DNA of 64,000 nt. It comes from Camelus ferus (taxonomy: Eukaryota). The notes under the pieces are model-generated. The model was not told the origin of the DNA, did no database searches, and saw only the letters and a list, made by a program, of their open reading frames with translations. The stretch is taken from NCBI RefSeq assembly GCF_009834535.1, contig NC_045696.1, forward strand, positions 116,996,001-117,060,000, written 5' to 3'. Made by a program: the position numbers and the translations under genes. Positions 13,876 to 27,359 of the stretch are shown piece after piece (positions within the stretch are counted from its first letter, which is position 1; each line of letters starts with the position of its first letter).

Positions 13876-13915
13876 AACACACACACAATCACACACATAC
13901 ATACACACACACACA
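13876..13915. repeat. (CA)n microsatellite
   Basis: aacacacacacaatcacacacatacatacacacacacaca. Confidence 0.9.
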
Positions 13916-14802
13916 AGTGGAATATAATAGTCTGAAATAAAGTTATGAGACTAAATAATGAAAGGATAGGTAATGTTTAAAAAAAATTACCTTTCCCTAA
14001 CTATAAATCATGGCCTGCCCAAAATCAATATATTTTGGTAAAACTAAGTCTATGCTGAATTTCAGTACAAGGAAGAACATTTTTCTGTTAATGTCTCTGA
14101 TAACTCTTAAGATTAAAAAACAGTCCTTAGGAAGGAAAAATAAATCATTTGGTGGCCACATTAAATGCATGTCAAATGTTTTAATAACCACAATCTCAGC
14201 ATTTTCAGATCTTTCCAGAACCTTCTGTCTCTGTAATGTTCTTACATAAACTAGAGGTCTGTGTTGTATGAGAACATTCTTATCCTGTATTTGTGGGACC
14301 TCACACTTTTCAGCTGGAAATTGCCAATAAAGTAAGTACCCAGTAATAGACAATGGCCTCCAGCCAAACAACTCCTTGAATTTACATTCTAAAGTTCTGT
14401 TAAAATAAATGAGATTGCCTTCATCTATAATTTATGCAAAATTTTCTCTGTTAATTAGCAGGATAATGGAGAAAATGTGGTCCTTACAATATATCATAAT
14501 TTAGATAGTTTATCAAAATTAAGTCATTTAATTGTCATTAATTAGATTTATCATAATTAGATCTTCAAAGTATTACAAGATACTTTTGTCATTACTAATA
14601 TTATAGCTGGTCCCATGCTAGAAACAGTATAAAACTATTCCCAGAGACAGCATAGTCATCCCCAGAAAATGGTTAGATTTTCACATTATTAGTGACATCT
14701 ATTATTGTAGTTCCTTTACAGCTATCCAGCCATCCATGCACATGTACATGCCTTTATATACAGGACAGATATTTACAAGTAAGGGTCACCGCTTCTGTAG
14801 AG

Positions 14803-14925
14803 GTGGTACCGTGTGGTGAAGACTATGGAGACTGTGGCCAGCCAAGGCCATGTCCAAATTCCCACACAACTATGTAACAAGTCACTTAACTTCTCTAAGC
14901 CTTAATTTACTCCTTAGTAAAAAAT
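14803..14925 (+). mobile_element. MIR SINE fragment
   Basis: MIR core caagtcacttaacttctctaagccttaatttactc. Confidence 0.7.
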
Positions 14926-15905
14926 CACTTGATTCCAAAAGTTTAAAAAAAAAACAACTCTGAAAATGCGAAGCTTTTTGAAAGCTTAGCACAAATTCTC
15001 TTATCTGCAAACCTCATCTGAACTGGTGGGAGGCTATTTATATTTTAATGTTTCCTACATTGCGTGAATAACAATATGTTTCACCGCTGACTCCAACAGG
15101 GCGTTAGGTAACATTTAGTACATGCATCATATGATCTTAATGAACATCTGAAAAATTCTTTTTTTAAATTGAAGTATAATTGATTTAAAATGTTGTGTTA
15201 GTTTCTGGTATACAGTATAGTGATTCAGTTATATATATATTCTTTTTCATATTCTTTTTCCTTATACATTATTATAAAATACTGAATATAGGTCCCTGTG
15301 CTATATAGTAGGTCCTTGTTGTTTATCTATTTTCTATATAGTAGTTTGTATCTGCAAATCCAAAACTCCCAATTTATCCCTCCATCTTCGCCCTGGAAAC
15401 CACAGATTTGTTTTCTACATCTGTGAGTCTGTTTCTGTTTTATAAATAAGTTCATGTGTCTCATTTTTTTAGATCCCACACATAAGTGATATCATATGAT
15501 ATTTGTCTTTGTCTGACTTACTTCACTTAGTATGATAATCTCTAGGTCCAAACATGTTGCTGCAGATGGCATTACTTTTATTCTTTTTTATGGCTGAGTA
15601 GTATTCCATTGTATGTATATGTACATACTACAACTTCTATGTCCAGTCATCTGTCAATGGGCATTTAGGTTGTTTACATGTCTTAGCTTTTGTAAACAGT
15701 GCTGCTATGAACACTGGAGTGCTTGTATCTTTTTGAATTAGAGTTTTCTCTAATATATGCCCAGGAGTGGGATTGCTGGATCATATGGAAGCTCTATTTT
15801 TAGTTTTTTAAGAAACTTCCCTACCATTTTACATAGTCCATTGTGAAAAATTCTTAATTCTGAAACACATCTAGCCCCAAGGGTTTTGGAGAAGTAGTAC
15901 TCAAC
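14926..15905 (-). mobile_element. MER46C-like (TcMar-Tigger) element split by an L1 insertion
   Basis: Left part 14926-15160 (ctctgaaaatgcgaagc, tgaactggtgggaggctatttata) and right part 15844-15905 (aattctgaaacacatctagccccaagggtttt) join into the recalled consensus once the L1 is removed. Confidence 0.75.
15161..15843 (-). mobile_element. Lineage-specific L1, 5'-truncated, with 12-bp TSD
   Basis: TSD tgaaaaattctt at 15149-15160 and 15844-15855; T-tail at left; encodes ORF2 C-terminal FLKKLKIELPYDPAIPLLGIY. Confidence 0.95.
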
Positions 15906-16315
15906 ATGAAATAGCTGGGAAAACACATGACAATACATGTAAAGTACGCATGTGTACCTTATAAACACGTGACTACATAAGATCAGACCACATCACTCTA
16001 GTCCATATTGCATTTGGCCCCAAAAAAGGAGGGAAAAAGAGAACATAGAAATTCATTGGTTCATTAAACTCTCTCAAGTTGGCCCTATCTGAGTGAGTTC
16101 CCTACCTGCCAGGTCCAGGTCTGCTCCTCCTCATTCCCCCGGCCTCCATGCTTGCTTGACTTCCTTTTTCAAATACAATCTATCTCTTCCTTCAAGTCCT
16201 AATGTTCTCTCAGGCATCAAGATCCTTTTGACTCAATCAGTACAACTCCGAGCCTCCCAGATCTGTAACTACCCATGCATGTAGAAGGGTAGCCCAAGCT
16301 CTACTCCTCCCCTAG

Positions 16316-16362
16316 ACACATTCATACACACACACTCACACACACACACACACACACACACA
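16316..16362. repeat. (CA)n microsatellite
   Basis: cacactcacacacacacacacacacacacaca. Confidence 0.9.
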
Positions 16363-16499
16363 ACCACATGATCCAAAGGGACCCACCAAGTAGATTCCTT
16401 TCCACCCAGCTCCATAGAGGATAATAAAATATATGAAGAGCTTACTTCCATTCATGTTGATCTACAATGTGATCAAGTAGGAGATCATGGGATTTCCTA

Positions 16500-17027
16500 A
16501 TACAGCCAAAGTGATAATACCACTCTGTTCCCTAAAACCTTATACTGGCTTCCTATTTCAATCTGAAAATAATTCAAACTCCTTTCCACCATGGCCCTGT
16601 ATGGCCCTACATGATTCAGCCTCTTCTTATCACTCAGAACTCGTCTCCTATCTCTCTCCCCCTCCAGCCCTGTCTGCCTTAAGATCTCTCCTTACCCATA
16701 ACATTTCCAATGCCCATTTGTTCTCATTATTTAAGTATTAGGTTAATGGTCATTTTTAATGAGTCTTTTAATGATCATCCTATCTAAAGAAATAAGCCTC
16801 TTTTCCTCTTACTTACTCCTCTCCCTTTTCTCTTATGTTTTCTTAACTTTGTCTCTCTCTCTCGTAACTCATGTTGTGTGTTTAGGATTTTCTCTGCTCT
16901 CCACCATCAGAAATAGAAGCCTCATGAGTGAAGGGTTTTTCCTGAATCATTCATTCCTGGGTCCCTGGCACCTAGAATAGTGCCTGGCATATGGTCGGTG
17001 TTCTATAAATGCTTATTGAATGAATCA
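16500..17027 (+). mobile_element. L2a LINE 3' end
   Basis: caaactcctttccaccatggccc...ggccctacatgattc, then canonical terminus gcacctagaatagtgcctggcatatggtcggtgttctataaatgcttattgaatgaat. Confidence 0.85.
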
Positions 17028-17388
17028 TTGCTTTGACTTGGTAGAAAGTTAACAAATCTCTGAACTTACAAAAATAAACACACTGCTCTCAAAAAGCTTA
17101 TAGTGTCTCACCATGACAAGGTAAGTTATATATATTACAAAGTAGTACAGAATGATTACTATGTACAATGAAGTGCTATGAATACTGGGGAAAAGGGGAG
17201 AGATTCCTGTACGTTAATGTGGTCAGGGAAGGTAGCTTTCAAGAATAGTGCTCTGTCCAGTTCATATGGTGTCCCCAAAGGAAGGCACTGGAATGTTGCT
17301 GTAAGCTTATAAGAAGAAACATCACTCTATGGCCAAGACTACCCACAAAGACAACAACAGAGTCATGCCTTGTGGAACACAGATATTT

Positions 17389-17507
17389 TGTGTGTTTGTT
17401 GTTTTCGCTTTTAGTTTTTTTCTCCTTAACAGAGGCACTGGGGATTGAACCCAGGTCCTTGTGCATGCCAAGCTTGTGTTCCTTCACTGAGCTATACCAC
17501 CTACTTC
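17389..17507 (-). mobile_element. tRNA-derived SINE (camelid-type) with 15-bp TSD
   Basis: Minus strand reads gtatagctcagtg (A box)...gggttcaatcccc (B box) then an A-rich tail; TSD ggaacacagatattt at 17374-17388 and 17508-17522. Confidence 0.9.
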
Positions 17508-18199
17508 GGAACACAGATATTTAACTTAGCATCAATTTTTTATTAGTTTTGGATAGTGGAACCTTATCCCAAATCCCAGAACACTGATTCAATAAGATAC
17601 TTTTAACTTTCCAAGATTAAAATTAAAAAGAGATTCTTCTTTCTCTGCCTTGTGTCCACCTTCAGGGATGGATACTATAGGTCACTTTTGCTCCAGAGAG
17701 CAATGAAGAAGATTCTAATCTAAGAGAAGAGTGGTGCCCAATGGAACAAGCATAACATTCAGTATCAGGCTTAGAACTCAACCAATAAGCAAGGATGTTA
17801 GTACCTAATAGGAAAAGAACTCTTATAGAGTATTCTTAGAATGTTCTTATCCAAGGTAGATACTGACTATTATGGGAAATACGGAAGATTCAGAATCCTA
17901 TTTTAAATCTTAATAGGTCTGCTGCTTTTTATTGTCTTCACAACATTTCCATTTTTTCTACGACTGTCTAACCTCAACTTTACAATGCTTGCAGAATGGT
18001 CATTTCAAAGAAAATACTCCAAATTCATCATTTTAGTCACTGTTGCCCAAGCAAATCTCATGACTTCTAAGGTGTTTCCTATCTTAAAAGTCAATTCCCA
18101 TGGAATAAAAGTCTACGTAGAGAAGACACTTTGGAATCTCAAAGTCGAGTGTCCTGTCAATTTCACTTATTCACCTATAGAATGGACATGACATTGGAT

Positions 18200-18325
18200 A
18201 AAAAGCATGGGTCCTAACCAGCTACGTGACCCTGGGCAAGTCATGATGCTTTCTGAGCCTCACTTTCCTTATCTTCAAATAAGAAGCTGAAACAAGATAA
18301 TTCTTCAAGCCTCTTTTAGGGCTTT
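18200..18325 (+). mobile_element. MIR/MIR3 fragment
   Basis: gtgaccctgggcaagtca...ctgagcctcactttccttatct. Confidence 0.75.
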
Positions 18326-20899
18326 GCCAGAGAAGGCCTTCTGAAGCTGCCTGAGAGTAAAACCAGAGGGAGAGATTCAAGGACAAGAGGAGAACAAATA
18401 TTTTACTCCCAACTCAGCAGCACATATTTTCTGAGAAAATCCTAGGAATAGGAACCAAGTCAAGAGGAAGTACTGACATCATGATTTGAATTTTTATCAT
18501 TTTAGGTAGCATTACTTCTAAACAAGCTAATAATGTAGCTAAATTGATCCTAAACTCCCACACATCTGCTGAAAATGTATTAGCTGAGGAAATTGTCTAA
18601 TGTGAAGTCTGGGTACTCTAATGGGAACTTATACTTGAATTCAAATGTAAATATAAATAGCCCACAGATTTTTTTCCCCTGCTGAAATGTCACAGTATTA
18701 GGAGAACCAATTTACAATCAGTCTTTGCATTTAATTGAATAAATATATGATCAACCGAAAAAGCAAGATGACAAACCAAATTTCATTTCAGAAGCGATCA
18801 AAGGTGATATTATAGCATTTCCAGAAGAAACATACTAGAAGGTGCAGCAGAATTAGGCTTCACATTCTCATAGAGTTTATAGAAAACATTACCATAAAGT
18901 GGCATCTTAACAACTTAAAGTCACATACTCAAAATTATAATAATTATGACATATTCATTGCCAATTTACGGACTGATATAAAAGAATGTGTACAGAACAA
19001 AAAAGTGTGACTTATAAAATAACAAAACAATTATTCTGCATGTTACAAATCATGAACTTCTTCAAATTCATATATTTTTAGCTAAATGCTAACAAGGTAT
19101 TTCTGGATTGCTATATTTAGACCAAGCTAATCCATTATCAAAAGTATGAACTCAGAAAGTATTTAACCCAGTGTGATGATGTCCTGTAAAACTTATCTAG
19201 GGTAAAGATTCATCATCAAAAAAAAAAAAAAAAAAAAAAAGAGGGAGAAAAAGAAGAAACCATATTTTGACTAGCTGGTCAAAGACTCTATAGAATAAAA
19301 CACAAAATGACTGGTGTCTAATTCAAAGGGGTACATTGGTGTAGTTCTTTCTTTTGCAATACTTTGCGCTAACAGAAACAAAGCAATTTTAGACTCAAAA
19401 ATTCCTTTTCTTAAAGAAAACAGGCGTAAAATTTTTACTATATAGAAATCAAAAATAATTCAAATTTTATATGTTTCTCCATTATAACACTATACAGACT
19501 TTATTGTTGGCAATAACGCTCATCTCCATCACCTATGCTAGAAATCACCTCCTTGACGATAGTGACTATTTTTTATTAACTACATTCTAAAGAATGTAAT
19601 AAATGTCAGGCAAACTGATAAGGAATTATGCTTTAAGACACAATGGGAAAATGAACTCGTGAAAACGTGAAAATTCAATTTTGATTTAGTTCTTAAGACT
19701 GTGAACATAAAAAAAAATCAGTATTCCTTAAAATTTTGAAAAAGGTCTAAATTAGAACTTTTAAAGTAAATCTTTGACTACTGACTAGCCTGCACGACCT
19801 CACCCAAGACATTTTCCCACCCTCCTAAAAGCAGAAGGAGGGAACACGGAGAACTTGCCAAGAGAACTGATGAAGCTTAATTCTTCATGTTTGTAGAACC
19901 CTTTGGAGGCATTTTTAATACTTTTATCAAGGAAATCACCGTATTTGTGGTTTAAAAAGTTCTTCTCTTCAAATGTATTTGAAAATGTACAGAAAAAAAA
20001 ATCCTTCAAAATACCCTTGCTTTCTAAGATGTTGAAGACTGTTGAGCTGGGGGAAGGAACCCCCATGCAGACACGCAGACCGAGGGGAGCCACTAATGAG
20101 GAAACATGACCTGTGTCACGGTACCTGCCCCCCAGCCCTTTCTTTCTCTTTTTTTTTTATTTATTTATTTTTAGCTATAGAACAGAGAAGAAAGAGAATG
20201 AGACAATGTGGGGGTGGGGGCAGATGAGGCGGAGGAGTCACCAGGATGTCGCAGGGGTGATAGGACAGGACAGTGTGACACGCAGGTACTACATTCTAGG
20301 ACAGATTGAAGATCAGGAAAGTCACCAGTGGGGACTTTGGGACGCCAAACCTCATGAACAGTTGTCAAGAATTTGTGTGCATGTAAGTCCTGGGGAAGCA
20401 AAAAGAGGTGTTTTTAACCAGGATGAACTGCAAGACACAGCACAGGCAGTGATGTTGAGAATCATGGTCATATGTGTAATTCCTTTGTTCTTGGGTGCAT
20501 TTATTTAAATATGAGTCTAAATTTGCTAGCATTTTCTCTTGAATCATACATTGTGAACAGCTCACGTGAATGACTCAGTGTTTCCCTCTGCCATGATTTG
20601 TTATGTCCACATAGAGTTTGTGCCTTTCTCCTCTGCCCTCTCTTCTCTACACCCTTTGTCTCCATGAAACATTGACAAAGTGAGCAAAGAACTGAAATAT
20701 GAGGAGCCGAGTGTGCTGTAAACACCATAGATCTGCCTCACAATTTTAATTAGGAAGAAAAATAAAGTAGTTTGATTGATTGAACTGTTTCCCTGCTTTC
20801 TACAGTGGGGGAAGCACAAGCTTTCATACGTTGTCAGCACGTGGTAGATAATCAATACATATTTAAATCAAGAAGAGTTACTTGGTAAGTGAGGGTGGG

Positions 20900-21135
20900 G
20901 GTGGTAGCTCAGGCTTAAAACAAGGCAGATCCGAGTTTGAATCTTGACTCTGATATCTTTTCAGCTGTGACGCCTGGACAAATTGTGTAACTTCTTTGAA
21001 CTCCAGTTTCTTCATTTGTAAGATGAAAATGTGGTTAATATCATGTAAGGTGGTTGTGTGAATTAAATGAACTTACGTATCAAACATGCTTAGCAGAGAG
21101 ACTAGTACTTAATAACAGCCCAATAAGTGGGAGGT
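20900..21135 (+). mobile_element. MIR SINE
   Basis: gagtttgaatcttgactctg...ctgtgacgcctggacaa...cagtttcttcatttgtaagatg...gttgtgtgaattaaatga. Confidence 0.85.
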
Positions 21136-22527
21136 GTCATGGTGACAAAATGATTCCTGAATCTGAGTGATCAAGGAATTTGGAAAACCCCCCAGTAGTT
21201 GAATAGAAAAACTCTCTATACTTCTTGTTTCATACTTTCCAAGTTAGAGATTTTTCAGTAATTATTTTTGTCTATCATGTTTTTGGCATTCTGCAAGGCA
21301 TCAGACAATCATAAAAAGACAAGAGGTATGTATTCTTGTGTGGGAGACACATAGGTAAGTGAAAAATAATAGTGATAAAATAATACTAGTGTGAACAGGC
21401 CTACCTCTTTCTTTGAGCTCTAGGTCTGAGTAAAATTTGTTGTGAAGATTAACTAGGTACTAAGAGGCGGCATGATTTATAAGAGTTTTACTTTTATGCA
21501 ACTTGCTCAACCCAGGAAGGTAATCAAAGGAAGCAACAAACATCAGGACAAAGGCAAAGACATCTTTACCTAGAAATCCCCCTGACAAACAGCAACTATC
21601 TACACAGTGTGAAGCCTTTCCTTCTAGGTCCTGCATCGCTGAGGAAGGGGACCGCCACGCTCAGATGAGATGACCCCACTGTCACATTTTGAGTGCCAGT
21701 GCTGTCAAGTTCCTGGAGACGTTAAGCATGGAGACCCTTCACAACTGAGTGAGCAGAGAAAACTCAACCAGCTCATCAACATCAACCCACTGACCCAGCA
21801 AAGTCACCTGTGAGCTCCTCTTGTGGATTTCAAAACCAATTTCAGCTTCTCACTTTCCATAGGCAACCCTCTCTCCCTTGAGTTAAGGAGATATGTCTCA
21901 TTTTCTCTGTAAACTTGGCAGTGGAAGCAATCAGCACGCTTCTTTGCTCACTTCAAAAAAATGTCACAGACACGGATTGAAAAGTATATGTGCAATCATG
22001 TATGTGCATTTAGTCATCAGAGGAGATCTGTCATTCATGGCATCTTACTCCTGGTGGCCTCACTTGTTTATAGATTCAAGGTCCTGCGTATCTATGTGAA
22101 CACTGAAGAGGAACTGAAGGAAAGCCATGTATCTCTACTGTTTGCATCAAATCTCAACAAATGACAACTTGAAAAATCTGCTGCAAGCAGGGATCATCCA
22201 TTTTCCCCTGAATCTTAGTTTTTACCTTACTAGTCACTGAAAAATAAACAGATACAGAGAAATGAATGACTAGGGGCAAAAAATATGAGCTGCATCCTCC
22301 AAAGGACCTAATTTAACCTTAAAAACTCCAGACCAGTGAAAAAAGCCTCTCAGAAAGCAAGAAAAATTTTTTTTCTTAAAACTCATGTTTATTTATATGA
22401 CAAATTGCTCCAAAAATGAAATCATTCATATGGATCACAAAATATATATATAATTTATAACAACATATAAGGGAGGAAATTGGAACAAGTAAGATGGATA
22501 AAGGTGCTCAGTGGCCGGGAGTATTAC

Positions 22528-22606
22528 CTTTTCTTAACATCCATGCCACAAGAACTTGTACATTTACTAAAAGAGGCTGAACATTCAACTCGGAGCATTC
22601 GTAAGC
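22528..22606 (-). other. Candidate internal exon (79 nt)
   Basis: Acceptor gttttttttccactgaacag| and donor AAG|gtaata; unique sequence with retained CpGs. Confidence 0.4.
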
Positions 22607-22971
22607 CTGTTCAGTGGAAAAAAACACGACCCATTTCACAACATTCTCCAAATCTCTTCCCCATCTAACTCTCTGATATTGGAAAATGTGGTAAATTCTT
22701 TAAGCCTGAGAAACTATGACATTATATAAGACATTATATTTCAGGAGCAATCAACATTGAATCAAAGCAATACTGAATTATAAATAGTTGTGTATGCACG
22801 CGCGTGCATGTGTGTACACACGTGAGTGGATGGGCTGGAGACGGAGTTTAGGGAACCGTTAAACAAGGGAGCCAAAGAAACAGGAGGTTAAGAACATGTC
22901 AGATGAACTTTACCCAGGACCAGAATTTCTTTTCTTCAACATCCCTCTTCCCACTACCACCCAGGAAAGCA

Positions 22972-23185
22972 TTTTTAGCAGCCTTATTAAAGTACAATTC
23001 ATATACAAGAAACTGCACATATTTAGAATGTATAATTTGATAAGGCTAACAGATGTATGTACCCAAAACATCATCATCACAGTCAAGACAGGGACCATAG
23101 CCTTTAACCTCAAAAGCTTCCTCATGCTCCTTTGTAATTCCATCCTTCTCCACCCCCTCCCATTCCTAAGTAGCAACTGATTGGC
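22972..23185 (-). mobile_element. Old L1 (L1MC-like) 3' UTR fragment
   Basis: cagccttattaaagtacaattcatatacaagaaactgcacatatttagaatgtataattt...cctcaaaagcttcctcatgctcctttgtaattc. Confidence 0.8.
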
Positions 23186-23559
23186 CAGAAGCTTTTTTAA
23201 ATTCAAGTTACTGTGACATTATTCTATAGATAACTCTGATTTGCAGCACTTAAATAATCTCCAACACCAATGTCCATGACCCCTCAAATAAGAACCATTT
23301 TTGGTATTTATTCTGACGAGGGAAGTAAATTCCTGGATAATCCACTAAATGCTGTTTATAAAACACTGCCACTTTGCAACTTTCTAAATTGAGTTTCTCA
23401 AGAGGCGTACTCTTAAAAAGCACAAAAACTGTCTGTCTCAAAGTGAAGTCAACCATAACCATTAAGATCGTAATCATATAAATTTAATGACTTACAATTT
23501 AGCTCCATTTTTTAAATCTTTTTACTAAAAACAGATTGCTATTATCAAAAGAATATGTA

Positions 23560-23752
23560 TAAATTCCAGCTTCACTACTGATAAAGTGTGTGACTTTTGA
23601 CAATGTGTTCTCCCTTTCTGAGCTTCAGTTTCTCTGCCCACAAAGTAGGAATAAACACATCCACCTGGCAGTATTGCAAAGACTAAATAAACTAACATAG
23701 GTGAAGACCCCAAACATAGCACTGTGTTCATGGTTACTCATTAAATGTCAAT
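23560..23752 (+). mobile_element. MIR SINE
   Basis: aattccagcttcactact...tgtgtgactttt...ctgagcttcagtttctc...ctcattaaatgtca. Confidence 0.8.
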
Positions 23753-25612
23753 TCTCCTCCCCTTTTCTTCTTTCAAAGTAAAATCAGAGTAAAGCTGAAG
23801 GAAGAACATAGGTTTTGCAACTGAAGGATGACAGTGAATCCAGCCTTCTCGTGACTAGTTTAAGACAAAATACTGAGGCTCTCTGGGGTCCTCTGCCCCC
23901 TTTTCTCTAAAATAAGGACAATAAAAATATTTAGGAGCAATCACAGGCCAGCAGAGACCCAAGTCATTTCCACCCAAGGTTTCTGGTATCGAAATTAAAG
24001 ACATAGCAAACAGGATTATATAAACCACTCACTATTTATTTATCATTTATATTAACAATTAAAATTGGGGAATAAATTCTTCCCCAATTTCAACAACTTA
24101 CCTCAGAAGATAATATCAAAAGTAAATTATGTAAAACATCTAATTTAAAGAAGTATGTACTTGGCGACCTGGGGCAGATCAAAAAAACCGTATTTTAAAG
24201 AGCTGCGAAAATCTTGTTCGTGAAGTGAGCAGAACACAGGATGACTTAGGGACGCCTTTGAAAGTGAAAATAGGTATCAAGGAATAAAATTATACAATTT
24301 TTAAAGTATTTAAAAATAAATTTTTAACTGGCTCCATTCTATCCGTGATCCTATCACCTTTCTTTTTTCCAGAACTATTTTTGAAACGTAAAATGATCTC
24401 TGTGAAATTATGTGCCAGAATATAAAATGATAACATAAGCACAATGATTTTTCATTATATTTTCACATATTTGTCACATACTTAGCCATATTTGCCTATT
24501 ATACCAAGTTGCTGGTATTTGTCTGAAGAGTATCTCTTTTGTATCTACTTTTTTTTTTTTTCATAAAATTGCCTGTAATTCCCCACAATGGTGCATTTTA
24601 TGGCCAATAACTTTAAAATTGTGGGCACCTTCAATTAATCCTTTGCTCCAGACCATTAAATTTTTAATAGAAAACATACTCTGAAGTTGCTGAAATACCC
24701 TGTAGGCACAGAACAAATTTTGCTAAATAGAGAATATTCTCAATTCTAGTTTTCCCCAGAATTTTGCTATGTATTGAGAATCTCTCAATTCTATGTTTTA
24801 TGTTGAAAGTGTAAATATTTCAGTCCAAATACCTCATTGGTCCTTCCATTTTTCTTTACAGGTTAATTACCTTCCAAAAATTCTCATTATAAAAAAAAAC
24901 TATCATAAAAGGTATCTCCCTGATACTTTTTAGTGTTTTGCCAAATGTAGGTACTGAAAAATCAGAAAACTTTCAACTGTATTCAATTTCAGTAATAAAC
25001 AAAATTTTATCCAATTAATATAGAAGCTTCATCGAAAGAGTTTTCCAAGATGAAATATTCCAAGGGAAAATTCTTAAATTTCAAGTTAAATCTAGCACAT
25101 AGTTTGAGCTCTTATTGTTTAATTTTTCCCCTTGGTTATCTAATGATACATTTCAATGTATTTCTGACTTTAAGGTTTATTTACAATACTTGCTGTCCAC
25201 TAAAATGAAGTTTTTAATATTCTGTTCATTAAATACTTTGATTAAATATTTTCAAGTGATTTCAAATAAAACACAAAGAAAATATAAGAGGCTCACTCAG
25301 AAAGACTAATAACAGCTGGACACTTAGATTGTTTTACAAAGCACTCATTCAAAGGCTCAGGCATTTAAAAATTCTGACTGATGACGGCAGTGAAAAGAAA
25401 AACCACGTACTGCCATGCCAAATGTTCTTCGTATTAACAAATATATAGTTTAACTACTGTAACCAATTCTTTGTGCATAAAAATATTTGGTAACTTTGAC
25501 CATTACAGCTACTAGAGTGATTGATAGAATACCACTATTTTTGGACACAAAAATGTGCTATGCATACACCACAACCAAGGGCAAGCACGTTTCTTCCTGC
25601 TCCACATACTTT

Positions 25613-26988
25613 AAAAAATTTTTTTATTTTATTGAGTTATAGTCAGTATACAATGTTGTGTCAATTTCCAGCGTAGAGCACAATTTTTCACTTATACATG
25701 AACATAACATATATTCATTGTTGCATTCTTTTTCACCGTGAGCTACCACAAGATCTTGTACATATTTCCCTGTGCTATACAGTATAATCTTGTTTATCTA
25801 TTCTATATATACCTGTCAGTACCTACAAATTTCAAACCCCCAGTCTGTCCCTTCCCTCTTCCCTCCCTTCTGGCAACCACAAGTTTGTATTCTATGTCTG
25901 AGTCTGTTTCTGTTTTATATTTATGTCCATTTGTCTTTTTCTTTCCTTTTTTTTTAGATTCCACATATGAATGATCTCATATGATATTTTTCTTTCTCTT
26001 TCTGGCTTACTTCACTTAAAATAACATTCTCCAGGGACATCCATGTTGCTGCAGATGGCGTTATGTTGTCGGTTTTTATGGCTGAATAGTATTCCATTGC
26101 ATAAATATATCAAATCTTCTTTATCCAGTCATCTGTTGATGGACATTTAGGCTGTTTCCATGCCTTGGCTACTGTAAATAGTGCTGCTGTGAACATTGGG
26201 GTGAATGTGTCTTTTTGAAGTAGGGTTCCTTCTGGATATATGCCCAGGAGTGGGATTAATGGGTCATATGGTAAGTCTATTCCTAGTCTTTTGAGGAATC
26301 TCCATACTGTTTTCCACAGTGGCTGCACCAAACTGCATTCCCACCAGCAGTGAAGGAGGGTTCCCTTTTCTCCACATCCTCTCTAGCATATATCACTTGT
26401 GGACTTTTGAATGATGGCCATTCTGACTGGTGTGAGGTGATACCTCATTGTAGTTTTGATTTGCATTTCTCTGATAATTAGTGATATTGAGCATTTTTTC
26501 ATGTGCCTATTGATCATTCGTATGTCTTCATTGGAGAATTGGTTGTTTAGGTCTTCTGCCCATTTTTGAATTAGGTTGTTTGTTTTTTTCTTATTAAGTC
26601 ATGTGAGCTGCTTATATATCCTGGAGATCAAGCCTTTGTCGGTCTCATCGTTTGCAAAAATTTTCTCCCATTCCGTAGGTTGTCATTTTGTTTTACTTAT
26701 GGTTTCCTTTGCTGTGCAAAAGCCTGTAAATTTAATTAGGTCCCATTTGTTTATTCTTGCTTTTATTTCTATTGTCTGGGTAGACTGCTCTAGAAGAACA
26801 TTGCTGAGATGTATGTGAGATAATGTTTTGCCTATGTTTTCTTCTAGGAGGCTTATTGTATCCTGTCTATGTTTAAGTCTTTGATCCATTTAGAGTTTAT
26901 TTTTGTGTATGGTGTAAGGGAGTGTTCTAGCTTCATTGATTTACATGCTGCTGTCCAGTTTTCCCAACACCATTTGCTGAAGAGACTG
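25613..26988 (-). mobile_element. Young lineage-specific L1, 5'-truncated (ORF2 C-terminus and 3' UTR)
   Basis: ORF-track peptides are L1 ORF2 ([62 protein letters not shown]...WKQPKCPS); imperfect TSD tccacatacttt (25601-25612) / tctatatacttt (26989-27000). Confidence 0.95.
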
Positions 26989-27359
26989 TCTATATACTTT
27001 TTAATGTAATAAACACTGCCTTTACTGTGACACTCTGCTCTACCAAAATTTACATGTCTTGTCACCACAAAATAAGTAACTTTATTTTTAGTGATCCATT
27101 TAACTGAATTTACAATAGGATTTACAATACTATGTGATTTACCTTCTATAAACTCAACTTTGGAAAGCTTTATTTATATCCATGAATTTGATGTGCAAAC
27201 TCAAGTATTATTAAAATTAACTGATTTTCTACTGAAAACCTTGATGGTATTAATACTTGATAAGTTCTTCTACTATAGAAACAATACATTATCCACTGTT
27301 GCCTCATTTTTTTCTACATGTATAAGAAAACTCAAAATCAAAACTGAATGAAATTTTCA

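Noticed and set aside
13997..14371. 124-aa minus-strand ORF in unique sequence
   Set aside because: Non-ATG start, no recognisable homology, no clear splice boundaries; length is compatible with chance
19218..19240. Orphan poly(A) run as a possible retrocopy tail (also about 50628-50645)
   Set aside because: No TSD or upstream retrocopy body detected
24098..24106. Perfect minus-strand donor GAG|gtaagt
   Set aside because: Lies in a MIR-like segment (acttacctca) that often creates this motif, and no good acceptor was found upstream
26110..27068. ORFs with convincing protein-like sequence (also 15750-15968, 53067-53321, 63409-63663)
   Set aside because: They are fragments of L1 ORF2 in truncated, frameshifted copies, not host genes
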